DNA of 26,607 bases from a virus. Taxonomy: Duplodnaviria > Caudoviricetes. The notes beneath the pieces are model-generated. The model made no database searches. It worked only from the letters and a program-made list of their open reading frames with translations, and was not told the origin of the DNA. The translations under genes were made by a program, and so were the position numbers. Shown piece after piece: positions 25,587 through 26,607 of this stretch (position 1 is the first letter of the stretch; each line of letters opens with the position of its first letter). The stretch is taken from the IMG/VR virus record IMGVR_UViG_3300042997_001508, positions 1-26,607 of that record; one strand, given 5' to 3'.

Positions 25587-26607
25587 ATGGTTACAAGGTC
25601 GACTGCCGCAGTTCGTCTGTTGCCTGGTGACAAAGAGCCGGTTCGGCTGGCGTCGACAGCCAACCTTTCACTTTCTGGGTTGCCAACTATCGACGGCTTC
25701 GCGGCGCTGGCAGGCGACCGTATTCTGGTTAAAGACCAGTCTAATCCAGTAGAGAATGGGATTTATACCGCAAACGAAGGTGGCTGGCGTCGTGCACCTG
25801 ATTGCGTGTCGTCTCGCAGCATGATCGCCGGAATGAAGGTAACCGTTCAAGAGGGGACGGCGCACGGCGGTGACGTCTGGAATCTGAATACAAATCGGCC
25901 GAACATCGGCACAGACCCAATTCAATATTCTCTATATTTGAACACCAACATCGCAGATGAGATCAACGCGGCTCGTGAAGCTCTCGTCGCTGAAATGGAC
26001 GCCATTATCGCCACTGCGATGTCCGCCGGAAAAGCAACGCAGGCAGAGGCAGAAGCGGGTGTAAGCAACGTCGGCTGGATGACTCCGCTGCGGACGCGTC
26101 AGGCCTTTGCGAAGACGATATACTTGATGAAGAGGCGTGAAGGGATTTTCAACGTTGAAGACTACGGCGCCATAGGCGATGGCTTGGATAGCAGTTCAAG
26201 TATAAATGCAAGCGCATTCGCCAATACGATTGCCGATATTGGTAGTAATGGTGGGAGAGTTATTATCCCACCCGGCGGACGTTTCCATACTAACGATTAC
26301 CTGGTCAACGCTTTGCACAAATCCGGGATCGAGTTTGTCGGTGTCGGATCGGGCAACGGTCAGGAAACGAAAGCTTCGACTGTTGTGTTTACCGCTGATG
26401 GAAGCGCCGGTGGCTTGATCCGGTTAGACGCAACTCAAGCAATTGCATTTCGTCGTATTAATCTACTTTATAACCATCCGAACTTCGTTCAAAGCGCGCC
26501 ACTCATTAATCTGAGGGCGCAGGTTGGCGAGGCAACCGCAGGCACGATTTTCGAAGAGTGCGGTACGGGAGGAACAAATAACTCTTCCAAAAAGGCAATT
26601 ATCTTTG
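25587..26607 (+). CDS. Tailspike/fibre with pectate-lyase-like beta-helix, 3' truncated
   Basis: Hand-translated, open to the edge: KEPVRLASTANLSLSGLPTIDG...GDRILVKDQ...ENGIY (anchor), ATQAEAEAG...MTPLR (fibre repeat), FNVEDYGAIGDG at 26148 (Pectate_lyase_3 start), GGRVIIPPG. Confidence 0.88.
   Translation, partial: MVTRSTAAVRLLPGDKEPVRLASTANLSLSGLPTIDGFAALAGDRILVKDQSNPVENGIYTANEGGWRRAPDCVSSRSMIAGMKVTVQEGTAHGGDVWNLNTNRPNIGTDPIQYSLYLNTNIADEINAAREALVAEMDAIIATAMSAGKATQAEAEAGVSNVGWMTPLRTRQAFAKTIYLMKRREGIFNVEDYGAIGDGLDSSSSINASAFANTIADIGSNGGRVIIPPGGRFHTNDYLVNALHKSGIEFVGVGSGNGQETKASTVVFTADGSAGGLIRLDATQAIAFRRINLLYNHPNFVQSAPLINLRAQVGEATAGTIFEECGTGGTNNSSKKAIIF

Larger units (their letters stand above)
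1..26607. mobile_element. Temperate podovirus-type phage/prophage, partial (immunity region to tailspike)
   Basis: Colinear cI/cro, replication, terminase, portal, scaffold, capsid, tail tube, ejection and tailspike genes; no host housekeeping genes; open reading frames run off both ends. Confidence 0.97.

Noticed and set aside
23479-26607. Diversity-generating retroelement as in BPP-1
   Set aside because: No reverse transcriptase or TR/VR pair in the window; the paralog similarity is protein-level, not adenine-specific.

Overview
This window is the middle of a temperate phage or prophage of an alphaproteobacterium; the GapR homolog and high GC suggest a Bradyrhizobiaceae/Hyphomicrobiales-type host (inference). 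From left to right it holds: (1) a leftward immunity operon, cI followed by three translationally coupled genes, the last a truncated protein with a HEPN-like RxxxxH motif; (2) a lambdoid cI/cro switch with three 14-bp operators; (3) an early/replication operon with cII-like, Arg-rich peptide, GapR, DUF1064-like nuclease, MT-A70 methylase, HNH-fused initiator with an internal iteron origin, and a putative loader; (4) a NusG-family antiterminator in the Q position; (5) a podovirus late operon with P22-type terminase, T7/BPP-1-type portal, tail tube and ejection proteins, but an SPP1-type major capsid protein; (6) a lower-GC fibre/tailspike module running off the right end. No integrase or lysis cassette lies in the window. 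The strongest leads are the cI-coupled HEPN cassette (candidate prophage defence), a pair of uncharacterised paralogous late proteins 17 kb apart, and several micro-ORFs missed by the ORF track. Family calls come from recognised motifs and synteny; no database search was run.
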